Source of the DNA: Terriglobia bacterium
Lineage (GTDB): Bacteria > Acidobacteriota > Terriglobia > JAJPHL01 > JAPKYU01
Direction of reading: 5' to 3'
NCBI GenBank assembly: GCA_965223005.1
Contig: CBDCVK010000010.1
Span: forward strand, 1,440,001 to 1,504,000
DNA: 64,000 nucleotides
A program made the translations under genes and the position numbers. Under the pieces are notes generated by a model. That model did no database searches, was not told the origin of the DNA, and saw only the letters and a program-made list of their open reading frames with translations. Shown here piece after piece: positions 40,731-51,115 of this stretch. Position 1 is the first letter of the stretch. Every line of letters begins with the position of its first letter.

Positions 40731-41498
40731 CTACGGCTGGCTGGCGGAGGAGGCAGCCCGGAGCTGGGTGACGCGTTCGCGCAATTGCATGGCGTTGTCG
40801 GCGTCCGGATTTCCCCGCAGGTACCACTCCAACGCCTGCGCCTCCTGAAATGGCTGGTTACGGCGACTGTAAAGCTTGGCCAGCTGCAGGTGGACCGCCG
40901 TCAGTGTTCCCGACTTCCGGTAGGCCAGTGCTCGGTTGAAAGCGATTTCGGCCCGGTCCAGCTTACCTTGCCGGAACAGCGCTATACCCAGGTGGAAATG
41001 GGCCCTGGGATCAGCGCTGTTGGCTGCAATTGCTTTCTTCAATGTGGCAACCGCGCGCTTCACATCGCCTTGCGCCAACAGCATGCGGCCTTGAATCGTG
41101 CGGCAGCGCCAGGAGTAGGAATGTTTCTTGACGCAGCGCGCCAGCAGTTCGGCCGCTTCCTGCTGTCGCTGGTCCCGCAAGTACACCTCAGCCAGCACCT
41201 CCAGGGCCTGGCGTTGGGTGGGCTTCCGTTTCAGAACGGCCTGCAACCGATGAATTCCGGCTGCCCGCTGGCCTCGGTTGATCAAGTCGGCGGCAGCTTC
41301 CACCCGAAGGAGGAGCGGATCGGGGTTCCGCAAGTAGGTTTTCTGCCTGGTTTGTGCGCTGGCCCCGGGCTCCATCCACCCCAGGCACACCACCAATCCC
41401 CAGGCCAGACAGAGGCGGCGAGGCCGCCCGTCAGCCACGGCTCCCCTCCGGCGACACCGCCGGAGCCGGCTGCGGCTCAGGGGGCTTCTGTGACTCAT
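40731..41498 (-). CDS. TPR protein
   Basis: TPR helices (AHFHLGIALFRQGKLDRAE); start uncertain. Confidence 0.75.
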   Translation of the reverse strand: MSHRSPLSRSRLRRCRRRGAVADGRPRRLCLAWGLVVCLGWMEPGASAQTRQKTYLRNPDPLLLRVEAAADLINRGQRAAGIHRLQAVLKRKPTQRQALEVLAEVYLRDQRQQEAAELLARCVKKHSYSWRCRTIQGRMLLAQGDVKRAVATLKKAIAANSADPRAHFHLGIALFRQGKLDRAEIAFNRALAYRKSGTLTAVHLQLAKLYSRRNQPFQEAQALEWYLRGNPDADNAMQLRERVTQLRAASSASQP

Positions 41499-42204
41499 GC
41501 GACGCCACGTAGTAAAGGATCCGGCCGCAGTTCTCGCAGCTCCGAATCTGGTCGTTGGGTCTCACCTCCTGGTAGGCCTGAGGGCGAAGCCGCACGTTGC
41601 ACTCACAGCAGGTACCGTCCCGCAGCGAGGCCACCGCTACCCCTTTTCGGTGGCGTAACAGCGTATCGTAAGAACCCAACACCTCGGGCGATATCTGCCG
41701 GCAATACTCTTCCCGCCGTTGCCGCAACTCGGCCAACGCTTCCTCATCGACCTGGGTCTGGGCAGTGGCTTCCGTCTTCTCTTTCTCCACCGCCTTGCGC
41801 TCGCCCGCCAGTTGCTCTTCCGCCTGCCGAACTCGTCCTTCCAGTTCCTCGGCGGCAATCATCCGCTCCAGGATGGTGTCTTCGATCTTGCGAATTTCCC
41901 CCTCGGCAAACTCGATCTCATGCTGGAGCGCCTTATACTGGTCGTTGGTCTTGACTTCATAAACCTGGTCCTTGTACTTGGAGATTTTCAGCTGGTGCGG
42001 CGAAATTCCACCTTCCAATCTTCGGCGCTCCAGCTGATTGTCAGCCAAGACCTGCCGGTCCCTTTCTAGCTGACGTTGGGCGCCGGCCAGCTTACTTTCG
42101 ATCTGCTGGATATGTCGGGGCAGATAAGCGACTTCTGCGGAGAGGCGTGCGATCTCTCTGTCGACAGCTTGCAACTCGATGGCAAGCTTCAGGTCCGCGT
42201 GCAT
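41431..42204 (-). CDS. Coiled-coil C4 zinc-ribbon protein (DUF164/CT398-like)
   Basis: LQAVDREI, VKTNDQYKAL, CCECNVRLRPQ..CENCGRILY. Confidence 0.92.
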   Translation of the reverse strand: MHADLKLAIELQAVDREIARLSAEVAYLPRHIQQIESKLAGAQRQLERDRQVLADNQLERRRLEGGISPHQLKISKYKDQVYEVKTNDQYKALQHEIEFAEGEIRKIEDTILERMIAAEELEGRVRQAEEQLAGERKAVEKEKTEATAQTQVDEEALAELRQRREEYCRQISPEVLGSYDTLLRHRKGVAVASLRDGTCCECNVRLRPQAYQEVRPNDQIRSCENCGRILYYVASHESQKPPEPQPAPAVSPEGSRG

Positions 42205-42392
42205 GAAATTCCCGTTGACATCCCAGGCTTGCTCCATTCTAACACGTGCCTGAGTGGTCGCATCCCTCTGCGACTGGGTGTCGTTTCCGCTTTCCTGCGT
42301 TTTTGCGAGGGCTATCGCCCAACCGGATCTGGAAAGCGCCCCTAGTCGCAAGGCCCTAGCCGCAAGGAACGCCGGCTGGTATCGTAGAGTAG

Positions 42393-43391
42393 ATGCATCT
42401 TGCGGAGCTGACGCGTAAATTGGTGGATATCGAGTCCATCACGGGACGGGAGCACGAGGTCGCGCTGTTTGTGGCCGACTACCTGCGCGGCCTAGGCGCC
42501 CAGGTGGAAGTGGCGGAAGCCGCGCCTGGACGCCCGAACGTCTTTGCCTGCTGGGGCCAACCGCTGGTGACTCTCTCGACTCACAGCGATACGGTGCCTC
42601 CCCATAGCAGCTCCGGGGAAGACGGCGAGTACATCTACGGCCGGGGTTCCTGTGACGCCAAAGGCATCATGGCCGCCCAGATCAAAGCCGCCGAGCGCCT
42701 GCGGGAACAAGCCACCGAGAATTTCGGACTGCTGTTTGTGGTGGGCGAGGAGCGGGACTCGACGGGAGCCGCCTTCGCAAACGACCATCCGCGCGGCTCG
42801 CGCTTTCTGATCAACGGCGAGCCCACCGAAAACCGGCTGGCCTTGGGTTGCAAAGGCGCTCTGCGGCCGGTATTGGAAGCGCGCGGGCGGGCGGCCCACT
42901 CGGCCTATCCTGAACTGGGAGAATCGGCCATTGAAAAGCTGCTGACGGCGCTGGTCAACCTGCGCTCCATCCCGCTGCCCAGTGACGACCTGCTGGGTGC
43001 CTCCACTTATAACATTGGCCTCATCGAGGGCGGCTGTGCTCCCAACGTCATCCCCGACCTGGCCCGCGCGGAGGTGCTGTTCCGCCTCGTGGGATCCTCG
43101 GAGCCGGTCAAGCAGGCCATTGCCCGCGCCGTCGCCGGATTGGCCGAGGTCCGCTACGCGCTGGAGATCCCCGCCATCCGCCTCGAAGCCATGGAAGGCT
43201 TCCCGACGACGGTGGTATCCTTCACTACGGATATTCCCAGGCTGAGCAACTGGGGACGCCCCTACTTAGTCGGGCCTGGGTCCGTCCGGGTGGCACACAC
43301 GGACCATGAACGCGTAGCTAAGCAGGAGCTGGAGCAAGCCGTGGGAATCTATTCGGAAATGACAAGGAGACTGCTGGCCGAGTGCAGGTAG
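42393..43391 (+). CDS. M20 metallo-hydrolase (DapE/ArgE-like)
   Basis: HSDTVPP, GRGSCDAKG, VGEE, GEPT, AHS, NVIP, GPGS..AHT; first gene of the dap cluster. Confidence 0.88.
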   Translation: MHLAELTRKLVDIESITGREHEVALFVADYLRGLGAQVEVAEAAPGRPNVFACWGQPLVTLSTHSDTVPPHSSSGEDGEYIYGRGSCDAKGIMAAQIKAAERLREQATENFGLLFVVGEERDSTGAAFANDHPRGSRFLINGEPTENRLALGCKGALRPVLEARGRAAHSAYPELGESAIEKLLTALVNLRSIPLPSDDLLGASTYNIGLIEGGCAPNVIPDLARAEVLFRLVGSSEPVKQAIARAVAGLAEVRYALEIPAIRLEAMEGFPTTVVSFTTDIPRLSNWGRPYLVGPGSVRVAHTDHERVAKQELEQAVGIYSEMTRRLLAECR

Positions 43392-43514
43392 CGCCGACCT
43401 TGAACATAGCAAGCGGGGAGGCAGCAGACTGAAGCTTATCGTCACCTAGCGCCGCCCTTCAGGGCAGCAAGGCTCGGCGGCGGAAGCCAGCGCTCGGGGA
43501 CTTGGAAGTTACGT

Positions 43515-44556
43515 ATGAAAATCGAAGTAGGAATTTTGGGCGCCACCGGGATGGTGGGGCAGCAACTGGTCCGGCTGCTGGAAAATCATCCCTGGTTTGA
43601 GTTGAAGTGGGTGGCAGCTTCGGGCCGCTCTGCGGGCCGCACCTACGTTGAAGCCGCGCCTTGGCGGCTGGCGTCGCCGATGCCCGCCCAGACCCGGGAC
43701 TTGCGAGTGGAGGAGTGCCGACCGGGCGGTGGGCCACGCCTGGTCTTCTCCGGGTTGGATACCTCGGCGGCGCGGGAAATCGAGCCGGAATTTGCCCGCT
43801 GCGGTCATATCGTCGTCAGCAACGCCGGCAATTTCCGCATGGAACAGGATGTGCCCTTGCTGGTGCCGGAGATCAACGCCGAGCATCTCGGGCTGCTGGC
43901 CGCACAAGAACCGCGCGGGTGGAAAGGAAAGCTAGTCACCAATCCCAATTGCTCGGCCATCACCCTGACGATGGCGCTGGCTCCGCTGGAGCGGGCTTTT
44001 GGGCTGAAGCGCGTGCTGGTAACCACTTTGCAGGCCGTCTCCGGCGCCGGCTACCCCGGCGTAGCGTCGCTGGACATCCTGGGGAACGTGATCCCTTTCA
44101 TTCGCAACGAGGAAGAAAAGATCGAAGAGGAAACGCGCAAGATTCTCGGGCGGCTGCGCAACGGTAAGGTGGAAGAGGCAGCCATCACGATGAGCGTGCA
44201 GACCAACCGTGTGGCGGTGCTCGACGGCCACACCGAGAGCATAGCGGTGGAACTCAACCAGACTGCCGGTCTGGAGGATCTGAAGCAAGCCTGGCGCCAG
44301 TTCCGGGGCGCGCCGCAGGAGCGGCGCTTGCCAAGCGCGCCAGCGAATCCGGTAGTGGTGATGGAGGAACCCGACCGGCCACAGCCACGACTGGACGTGG
44401 AGCGAGAGGCCGGAATGGCCACTTTCGTCGGGCGTGCCCGGCCCCTGCCCTGTGCTCAACTACAAGTTCATCGCGCTGGGGCACAACACCGTGCGGGGCG
44501 CCGCCGGCGCGGCTCTGTTGAATGCCGAGCTGATGAAATCCGAAGGACTGTTGTGA
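43515..44556 (+). CDS. asd: Aspartate-semialdehyde dehydrogenase (archaeal/eukaryotic type) with a +1 frameshift at 44442-44445
   Basis: LGATGMVGQ, TNPNC, QAVSGAGYPGV, DRPQPRLD; the conserved end LGHNTVRGAAGAALLNAEL lies in another frame after CCCC. Confidence 0.93.
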
Positions 44557-44635
44557 ATTGACGATTTGAGTTTTATTGGTCCTTTGACGGTTAGTCTGTT
44601 TCTTCCCTTCAATCGCCAATGATTCAACATCCTCC

Positions 44636-46009
44636 ATGATTATCCTGAAATTCGGTGGAACCTCGGTAGGAAGCGCCGAGGCCATCGTACGCGTGGCCGA
44701 TATCGTCGCGGGGCGCGCGGCGGAGCGTCCGCTGGTGGTGGTCTCGGCCATGGGGAAGACCACCGACCGGCTGCTGGAGCTGGCCACCACTGCAGTCGAG
44801 GGCGCCCGCAAGCGGGTCGTGGAGCTGCTCGGCGACCTCCGCGACTTCCACGGTCGCGAGGCTCGTAAGCTAGTTCCGCCAGCGCGTCGCGCGCCACTGG
44901 AAACCTGTCTGGAGGAGCACTTCCAGGAACTGTCCGAGCTGGTCAAGGGACTCTCGGTGCTGGGAGAGTTGACCCCACGCGCTACCGACGCCATTGCCAG
45001 CTACGGCGAGCGGCTCTCGTCGCTGGTCGTCAGCCAGGCCTTCGATCACCGCGGCCTGTCCGCCGCGCTGCTGGATTCTCGCCGCTACATCGTGACCGAC
45101 CAGCGGCACACTCAGGCGGCACCGCTGTTCGAGCCAACCGAAGAGCGGCTGCGCCAGATGGTCCCCGGACTGCTGGCCGAAGACCGCATCCCGGTGATGG
45201 GTGGCTACATCGCCGCTACCGAGCAGGGCGTCACCACCACTTTGGGCCGCGGCGGCTCCGATTTCACTGCCTCCCTCGTCGGGGCGGCGCTGGGGGCCGA
45301 GCGGATTGAGATCTGGACCGACGTGGATGGCATGCTCACTGCCGACCCAACGCTGTACCCCGAAGCCCGCCGGGTGAAGATGATTTCCTTCGAGGAGGCC
45401 AGCGAGCTGGCCTATTTTGGCGCTAAGGTGCTCCATCCCAGCACGCTGCTTCCCGCCGTCGAGAAACAGATCCCGATTTCGATCCTGAACTCGCACAAGC
45501 CGAAGACGGCGGGCACCGTCATCACCCAGCAGGCCCCCAGGACCGGCAATATTTTCAAGTCCATCGCCTGCAAGAAGAACATCACCATCGTGGACATCTG
45601 CTCGACACGGATGCTGATGGCTTACGGATTTCTGCGGGCCATCTTCGAGGTGTTCGAGCGCTACCAGACGCCGGTGGACATGGTGTCCACCAGCGAAGTC
45701 AGCGTGTCGCTGACGGTGGATAACCCGAGCCGCCTGCTGGAAATCGTTGCCGAGCTGCGCCACATCGCTCACGTTTCCTACGAGGGGGGCAAAGCCATCG
45801 TTTGTCTGGTGGGCGACAACATCAAGTTCACCCCGGGCGTCGCCGGCAAAGTATTCAAGGCCATTGAGAAGGTAAACGTGCGCATGATCTCGCAGGGGGC
45901 ATCGGCGCTGAACATCAGCTTTGTGGTGGACGAGGACCGGCTGAAAGAGGTAGTCTCCCGCCTGCACCGGACCTTCTTCCGCGAAGTGGACCCCAGAGTT
46001 TTTGAATGA
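44636..46009 (+). CDS. lysC: Aspartate kinase (lysine-sensitive III type)
   Basis: KFGGTSV, TTLGRGGSD, IWTDVDG, FGAKVLHP, two ACT domains. Confidence 0.96.
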   Translation: MIILKFGGTSVGSAEAIVRVADIVAGRAAERPLVVVSAMGKTTDRLLELATTAVEGARKRVVELLGDLRDFHGREARKLVPPARRAPLETCLEEHFQELSELVKGLSVLGELTPRATDAIASYGERLSSLVVSQAFDHRGLSAALLDSRRYIVTDQRHTQAAPLFEPTEERLRQMVPGLLAEDRIPVMGGYIAATEQGVTTTLGRGGSDFTASLVGAALGAERIEIWTDVDGMLTADPTLYPEARRVKMISFEEASELAYFGAKVLHPSTLLPAVEKQIPISILNSHKPKTAGTVITQQAPRTGNIFKSIACKKNITIVDICSTRMLMAYGFLRAIFEVFERYQTPVDMVSTSEVSVSLTVDNPSRLLEIVAELRHIAHVSYEGGKAIVCLVGDNIKFTPGVAGKVFKAIEKVNVRMISQGASALNISFVVDEDRLKEVVSRLHRTFFREVDPRVFE

Positions 46010-46033
46010 TGCTTTCTCGATGAAGAGCCTCCC

Positions 46034-46732
46034 ATGAAGATCGTGCTTCTCGGTTACGGCAAGATGGGGAAACTGCTGGATGAGCTGGCCCCCTCCCTCG
46101 GCATGGAGGTCGTCGAGCGCCTGGACATCTGGAACAACCAGGGCGGGGCCGGCATCACCAAGGAGAATTTTCGAGGTGCTGAGGTGGCGCTGGACTTTTC
46201 GATGCCGGAGGCGGCATTGGAAAACATTCCCCGAGTGGCCGGGCTGGGCGTCAACCTGGTGGTGGGCACGACCGGCTGGCACGACAAGCTGGATCAAATG
46301 CGGGCCGCGGTGGAGAAGCACGGCATCGGGATGGTCTACGGCTCCAATTTTTCGATCGGTGTGAACATCTTCTACCGCGTGGCGGAAACTGCCGCCCGGT
46401 GGTTAAAGGAACGTCCTGAGTATGACCCCTGGGTTTACGAAATCCACCATCGGGCGAAGTTGGACGCGCCGTCAGGCACAGCACTGAAGCTCCGCGACCT
46501 GCTGCTGACCCAGTACGGGACGCGCTCCATCTGCGTTTCCAGCGCCCGTGCCGGCGCTGTTCCGGGCGAGCACACGGTAGGGTTCGATTCCGAGGCCGAT
46601 ACCATCACCTTGACGCACACCGCCCGTAGCCGGAAGGGCTTTGCCTTGGGAGCGCTCCGCGCAGCCGACTGGGTTCGCGGCAAGCGCGGCCTCTACGAGT
46701 TTTCGGAAGTCTTGTTCGGGGACGCCAGCTAA
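46034..46732 (+). CDS. dapB: 4-hydroxy-tetrahydrodipicolinate reductase
   Basis: GYGKMG, VGTTGW, NFSIG, EIHHRAKLDAPSGTA. Confidence 0.96.
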   Translation: MKIVLLGYGKMGKLLDELAPSLGMEVVERLDIWNNQGGAGITKENFRGAEVALDFSMPEAALENIPRVAGLGVNLVVGTTGWHDKLDQMRAAVEKHGIGMVYGSNFSIGVNIFYRVAETAARWLKERPEYDPWVYEIHHRAKLDAPSGTALKLRDLLLTQYGTRSICVSSARAGAVPGEHTVGFDSEADTITLTHTARSRKGFALGALRAADWVRGKRGLYEFSEVLFGDAS

Positions 46733-46806
46733 ATGACTCCGTACTGTGGATTGGCGAAAGGTAAACCCAAAGCCGAATTCCGAAATTAGCAATCAGGAGG
46801 GCTGCA

Positions 46807-47721
46807 ATGGGCGCCACAACACTGAAGGGCTGCGGCACTGCGCTGGTCACTCCGTTCCGGAGCGACGGCGCGCTGGATGAGGGCTCGCTGCGGCGCCTGG
46901 TCCGTTTCCAGGTGCAGGAGCGTATTGACTTCCTGGTGCCCTGCGGGACCACCGGGGAAAGCCCCACGCTCACGCACGAGGAGCACCTGCGCGTGGTCGA
47001 GATCACACTGGAGGAGTCGCGGGCAGGCGGGCGGGCGGTGCCAGTGTTCCCCGGGGCCGGCGGCAACAACACCGTGAAGATCGCCGCGCTCATCCGCGAA
47101 CTGGAAGCGATGGGTGTGGACGGGATCGTGTCGGTCTCGCCCTACTACAACAAGCCCACCCAGGAGGGCATCTACCAGCACTACCGCGCGCTGAACGACA
47201 CCACGCGCCTGCCCCTCATCGTCTACAACGTACCTGGCCGCACCGGCTCCAACATCGAGCCGGCGACTCAGGCGCGTCTGGCAGCGCTGCCCAACATCGT
47301 GGGCGTGAAGGAAGCCTCAGGGAACATCACCCAGATGGCCGAGGTCCTCCAGTCTGTACCGGAGGGGTTTGCCGTGCTGTCAGGCGATGATGCCGTCACG
47401 CTGCCGCTGATGGCTCTGGGGGGCGTCGGGGTCATTTCGGTAGCCTCAAACGAAGTGCCCGGCGAGATGGCGCGGCTGACGGCGAAATGCTTGGCCGGCG
47501 ATTTTTCAGCGGCCCGGCAACAGAACCGCCGCCTGTTGCCGCTGATGCAGGCCAATTTCATTGAGTCGAATCCCATCCCGGTAAAGGCGGCGCTGGCCAT
47601 GATGGGCCTGATCGAGGAGCGCTACCGCCTGCCGCTGGTGCCCATGAAGCCGGAGAACCGCGCCCGGCTGGAAAAGGTACTGGACGCGCTGGGTCTGCTG
47701 GCCGTACAGGTCCCAAAGTAA
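46807..47721 (+). CDS. dapA: 4-hydroxy-tetrahydrodipicolinate synthase
   Basis: ALVTPF, GTTGES, PYYNKP, YNVPGRT, KEASG, SGDD, NPIPVK. Confidence 0.97.
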   Translation: MGATTLKGCGTALVTPFRSDGALDEGSLRRLVRFQVQERIDFLVPCGTTGESPTLTHEEHLRVVEITLEESRAGGRAVPVFPGAGGNNTVKIAALIRELEAMGVDGIVSVSPYYNKPTQEGIYQHYRALNDTTRLPLIVYNVPGRTGSNIEPATQARLAALPNIVGVKEASGNITQMAEVLQSVPEGFAVLSGDDAVTLPLMALGGVGVISVASNEVPGEMARLTAKCLAGDFSAARQQNRRLLPLMQANFIESNPIPVKAALAMMGLIEERYRLPLVPMKPENRARLEKVLDALGLLAVQVPK

Positions 47722-47785
47722 GAGGTCCAAAGTCGCTACTCCTTGCACTTGTCTGGTTTGGACATAGGACGTTGGCCCTGAACTC

Positions 47786-48619
47786 ATGACCCTTCAGCAA
47801 CGCATCGAGCGACTCTTCGAAGCCTCGCCTGTCGGCGAGGAGCACCTGGCCGCGTTTGAAGAACTGAAGGCCGAGCTGAATGCAGGCCGCGTGCGCGCCG
47901 CTGAGCCCGATCAAGGGGCCAAGCCGACCGGCTGGCGAGTCAATCCCTGGGTCAAGAAGGGCATCCTGATTGGCTTCCGAGCCGGAGCGCTCCAGGAGAT
48001 GTCCGTAGACCGCTGGCCCTTCTTTGACAAGCACACCTTCCCGCTGAAGCGGCTCGAGGTGGCCAGCGGGGTGCGGGTTGTTCCCGGAGGTTCCTCGGTC
48101 CGCGACGGCTGCTTCGTTGCCAGCGGCGTCACCTGCATGCCCCCCATGTACATCAACGCGGGTGCGTACGTGGACGAAGGGACGATGGTGGACTCGCACG
48201 CGTTGGTCGGCTCCTGCGCCCAGGTGGGCAAACGGGTGCACCTGAGCGCGGCGGCGCAGGTCGGCGGCGTGCTGGAGCCAGTGGGCGCCCTGCCGGTGAT
48301 CATCGAGGACGAGGTGCTGGTGGGGGGCAACTGCGGCATCTACGAAGGCACGGTCGTCAAGCGCCGCGCGGTGCTGGGCGCCGGCACCATTCTCACCGGT
48401 GCAACCCCTGTCTACGACCTGGTGCGCAGCCAGGTCTACCGCCGCGAGGGTGACCACCCGTTGGTGATTCCTGAGCAGGCCGTCGTCGTTCCCGGCTCGC
48501 GCGCCGTCTCTTCCGGGGTAGGCCGCGAGTGGCAGCTTTCGCTCTACACCCCGGTCATCGTCAAATATCGCGATCCCAAGACCGAGCGCAGCATCCAGCT
48601 CGAAGACCTGCTTCGGTAA
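47786..48619 (+). CDS. dapD: Tetrahydrodipicolinate N-succinyltransferase
   Basis: [27 protein letters not shown], hexapeptide repeats. Confidence 0.95.
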   Translation: MTLQQRIERLFEASPVGEEHLAAFEELKAELNAGRVRAAEPDQGAKPTGWRVNPWVKKGILIGFRAGALQEMSVDRWPFFDKHTFPLKRLEVASGVRVVPGGSSVRDGCFVASGVTCMPPMYINAGAYVDEGTMVDSHALVGSCAQVGKRVHLSAAAQVGGVLEPVGALPVIIEDEVLVGGNCGIYEGTVVKRRAVLGAGTILTGATPVYDLVRSQVYRREGDHPLVIPEQAVVVPGSRAVSSGVGREWQLSLYTPVIVKYRDPKTERSIQLEDLLR

Positions 48620-48734
48620 GAACCCAAGAGACAACTTAAAGGCACTAAGACCCGAAGTTCACAAGGGAAGCGGCTTCCCTGTCGAGGGCGCAGACTCCTT
48701 GGAGCCATCCAGAGATTGGTGTAGCCTTGCGCTC

Positions 48735-49634
48735 ATGAAAGCCCAGCGAAAGTTTACCGTGGCGCTGATCCAAATGAGCCTGACGCCCGACTCCGAGGAA
48801 AACCTGGCACGGGCAATCTCAGGGGTCGAGGAAGCGGCCCGCGTCGGTGCCGAGGTGATCTGCCTGCCGGAGTTGTTCCGAACGCAATACATTTGCCAGC
48901 GAGAAGACACGGCCTTCTTCGACTTGGCCGAGCCGGTGCCCGGCCCCACCACCGAGGCCCTGGCGAGAGCTGCACGGAAGGTACGTGTCGTGGTGATTGC
49001 GCCGGTCTTTGAACGCCGGGCCGCGGGCGTCTATCACAACAGCGCCGCAGTCATTGACGACCGCGGGGAGCTGGCTGGGCTTTACCGCAAGATGCATATC
49101 CCGGACGACCCTGCCTACTACGAGAAGTTCTACTTTACCCCCGGTGACCTGGGCTTTCCGGTCTTCCAGACGCGCGTGGGGCGAATCGGGGTACTCATCT
49201 GCTGGGACCAGTGGTACCCGGAGGCAGCACGCCTGGCCGCGCTTCAGGGAGCCGACGTGCTTTTCTACCCCAGCGCGATTGGCTGGCACCCTTCCGAGAA
49301 GGAGAGCTGCGGCGAAACACAGCGGGACGCCTGGCGCACCGTGCACCAGGGACATGCGATCGCGAACGGGGTTTACATCGCAGCGGTCAACCGCGTCGGC
49401 CATGAGGTCCCAGCCGCAGGCGGGCCGGGAATCGAGTTCTGGGGCTCGTCCTTCCTCGCGGACCCTCAGGGAATTGTTGTAGCCGAGGCGCCAGACGACC
49501 ACGAGGCCATCCTCCTTGGCCAGGTAGATCTGGAGCGACTGGAGGAGGTGCGCCGCGACTGGCCCTTTCTGCGCGACCGCCGGATTGAAGCCTACGCCGG
49601 GCTGAACAGCCGCTATCTGGACAAAGCGCCGTGA
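48735..49634 (+). CDS. aguB: Carbon-nitrogen hydrolase, N-carbamoylputrescine amidase
   Basis: LPELF, YRKMHIPDDPAYYEKFYF, ICWDQWYPE, WPFLRDRR; coupled to agmatine deiminase. Confidence 0.9.
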   Translation: MKAQRKFTVALIQMSLTPDSEENLARAISGVEEAARVGAEVICLPELFRTQYICQREDTAFFDLAEPVPGPTTEALARAARKVRVVVIAPVFERRAAGVYHNSAAVIDDRGELAGLYRKMHIPDDPAYYEKFYFTPGDLGFPVFQTRVGRIGVLICWDQWYPEAARLAALQGADVLFYPSAIGWHPSEKESCGETQRDAWRTVHQGHAIANGVYIAAVNRVGHEVPAAGGPGIEFWGSSFLADPQGIVVAEAPDDHEAILLGQVDLERLEEVRRDWPFLRDRRIEAYAGLNSRYLDKAP

Positions 49635-50791
49635 GGCTAAAACCCGTAGTGGAGCGCCGGAGCCAGGCCCGGAGTGAGGCCCAAAGTGAGGCAATGACAC
49701 CGGCCGCCTTGGGGTTCCGCCTGCCCGCCGAGTGGGAACCGCACGAGGCCACCTGGATCGGCTGGCCGCATAACCGAAGCGATTGGCCGGGAAAGCTAGC
49801 CCCGATCCACTGGGTTTACGGCGAGATTGCGCGGAAACTCGCGCCGGGGGAGCTCCTGCGAATTCTGGTGAACTCGAGCGCACAGGAGGCGCGCGCCCGG
49901 CGACTTCTCAGTCGGGTCGGGGTGGACCTCACCCGTGCCGAGTTTTTCCGTTTCCCCACCAACCGGGGCTGGACGCGCGACTTCGGGCCGGTCTTCGTCT
50001 GGCGCGGCGTGACCGGTGCGCCGCAGAACTCAAGGCACCCCGCGGCCAGCGAAGTGGCTATCGTGCGCTTCCGGTTTAACGGCTGGGCGCGCTATCGGGA
50101 CTGGCAGAAGGACGATGCGGTGCCAGAGCGCGCGGCTCGCGCCCTGGGCCTTCGTTTGTTTCGCGCCACCAGCGATGGCGGCTCGCCGCGCCGGTTCGTG
50201 TTCGAAGGCGGCAGCATTGAGGTGAACGGCCGCGGCACGCTGCTGACCACCGAGGAGTGCTTGCTTGACCCGGCCGTTCAGGTGCGCAACCCGGGCCTGA
50301 GCCGAAAGCAGGTCGAGGCGGCGCTGCGAGTCAACCTTGGTGTCAGCAACGTTCTCTGGCTCGGCCGCGGGATTGCGGGCGACGATACGCACGGGCACGT
50401 GGACGACCTGTGTCGCTTTGTCGGGCCCCGCACGGTCGTGCTGTGCCAGGAAGACAACTCGGACGACGTCAACCACCGGCCGCTGGAGGAAAACCGGGAA
50501 CGCCTGGAAGGAATGCGCCTGGAGGACGGACACCGGATCGAGGTAGTGCGGCTGCCCATGCCCGCGCCTCTTTATCTGGACGGGCAGCGGCTCCCGGCCA
50601 GCTACGCCAACTTCTACATTGCGAACGCAGCCGTGCTGGTCCCGACCTTCAACGATCCCCACGACCGCATCGCCCTGGGCACGCTGGCCGAGCTTTTTTC
50701 CGGCCGGCCGGTGGTCGGCATCCATGCGGTGGACTTGGTCTGGGGGCTCGGGACACTGCACTGCCTGACACGTGAGCAACCGGCCAAGTAG
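49631..50791 (+). CDS. aguA: Agmatine deiminase family protein (start may be ATG 49694)
   Basis: PAEWEPH, WTRDFGP, EGGSI, DDTHGHVD, ASYANFY, GTLHC. Confidence 0.92.
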   Translation: MRLKPVVERRSQARSEAQSEAMTPAALGFRLPAEWEPHEATWIGWPHNRSDWPGKLAPIHWVYGEIARKLAPGELLRILVNSSAQEARARRLLSRVGVDLTRAEFFRFPTNRGWTRDFGPVFVWRGVTGAPQNSRHPAASEVAIVRFRFNGWARYRDWQKDDAVPERAARALGLRLFRATSDGGSPRRFVFEGGSIEVNGRGTLLTTEECLLDPAVQVRNPGLSRKQVEAALRVNLGVSNVLWLGRGIAGDDTHGHVDDLCRFVGPRTVVLCQEDNSDDVNHRPLEENRERLEGMRLEDGHRIEVVRLPMPAPLYLDGQRLPASYANFYIANAAVLVPTFNDPHDRIALGTLAELFSGRPVVGIHAVDLVWGLGTLHCLTREQPAK

Positions 50792-50886
50792 GCAGATTAC
50801 CGCCCGATTGCAGAAATCCTGCCTGCTGGTTTTCACTGCCTGGTCGCAACAAGTTCACGGCAATACATGGCAAAGGAGGAGAAGCA

Positions 50887-51096
50887 ATGAAAGTCGGAGC
50901 GCGCAACCGCATCGTCGGGACCGTGACCAGCATCGCCAAGGGTAAGCTGATGTGTCTGGTGAAGGTGGAAGTTCCGGCACGGTCCCGCATGGCGTCGGTG
51001 ATGACCATCGAGTCGCTGAAGGGGCTAAGCCTCCGTAAAGGAGACCGGGTCGAGGTGGTTGTGAAAGCGGTGAATGTGCTCTTGATCAGGCGCTAG
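50887..51096 (+). CDS. TOBE/Mop domain protein
   Basis: MKVGARN..GTV..LSLRKGDRV..VVKAVNV; AAGGAGG RBS. Confidence 0.88.
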   Translation: MKVGARNRIVGTVTSIAKGKLMCLVKVEVPARSRMASVMTIESLKGLSLRKGDRVEVVVKAVNVLLIRR

Positions 51097-51115
51097 GGGA
51101 CAACCGCTTAAGGAC

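Noticed and set aside
43392-43514. Lysine riboswitch before asd/lysC
   Set aside because: The spacer is short and lacks the AGAGGNGC start and multi-stem layout.
50792-50886. Moco riboswitch or ModE box before the TOBE gene
   Set aside because: No recognisable consensus and no molybdate transporter genes nearby.
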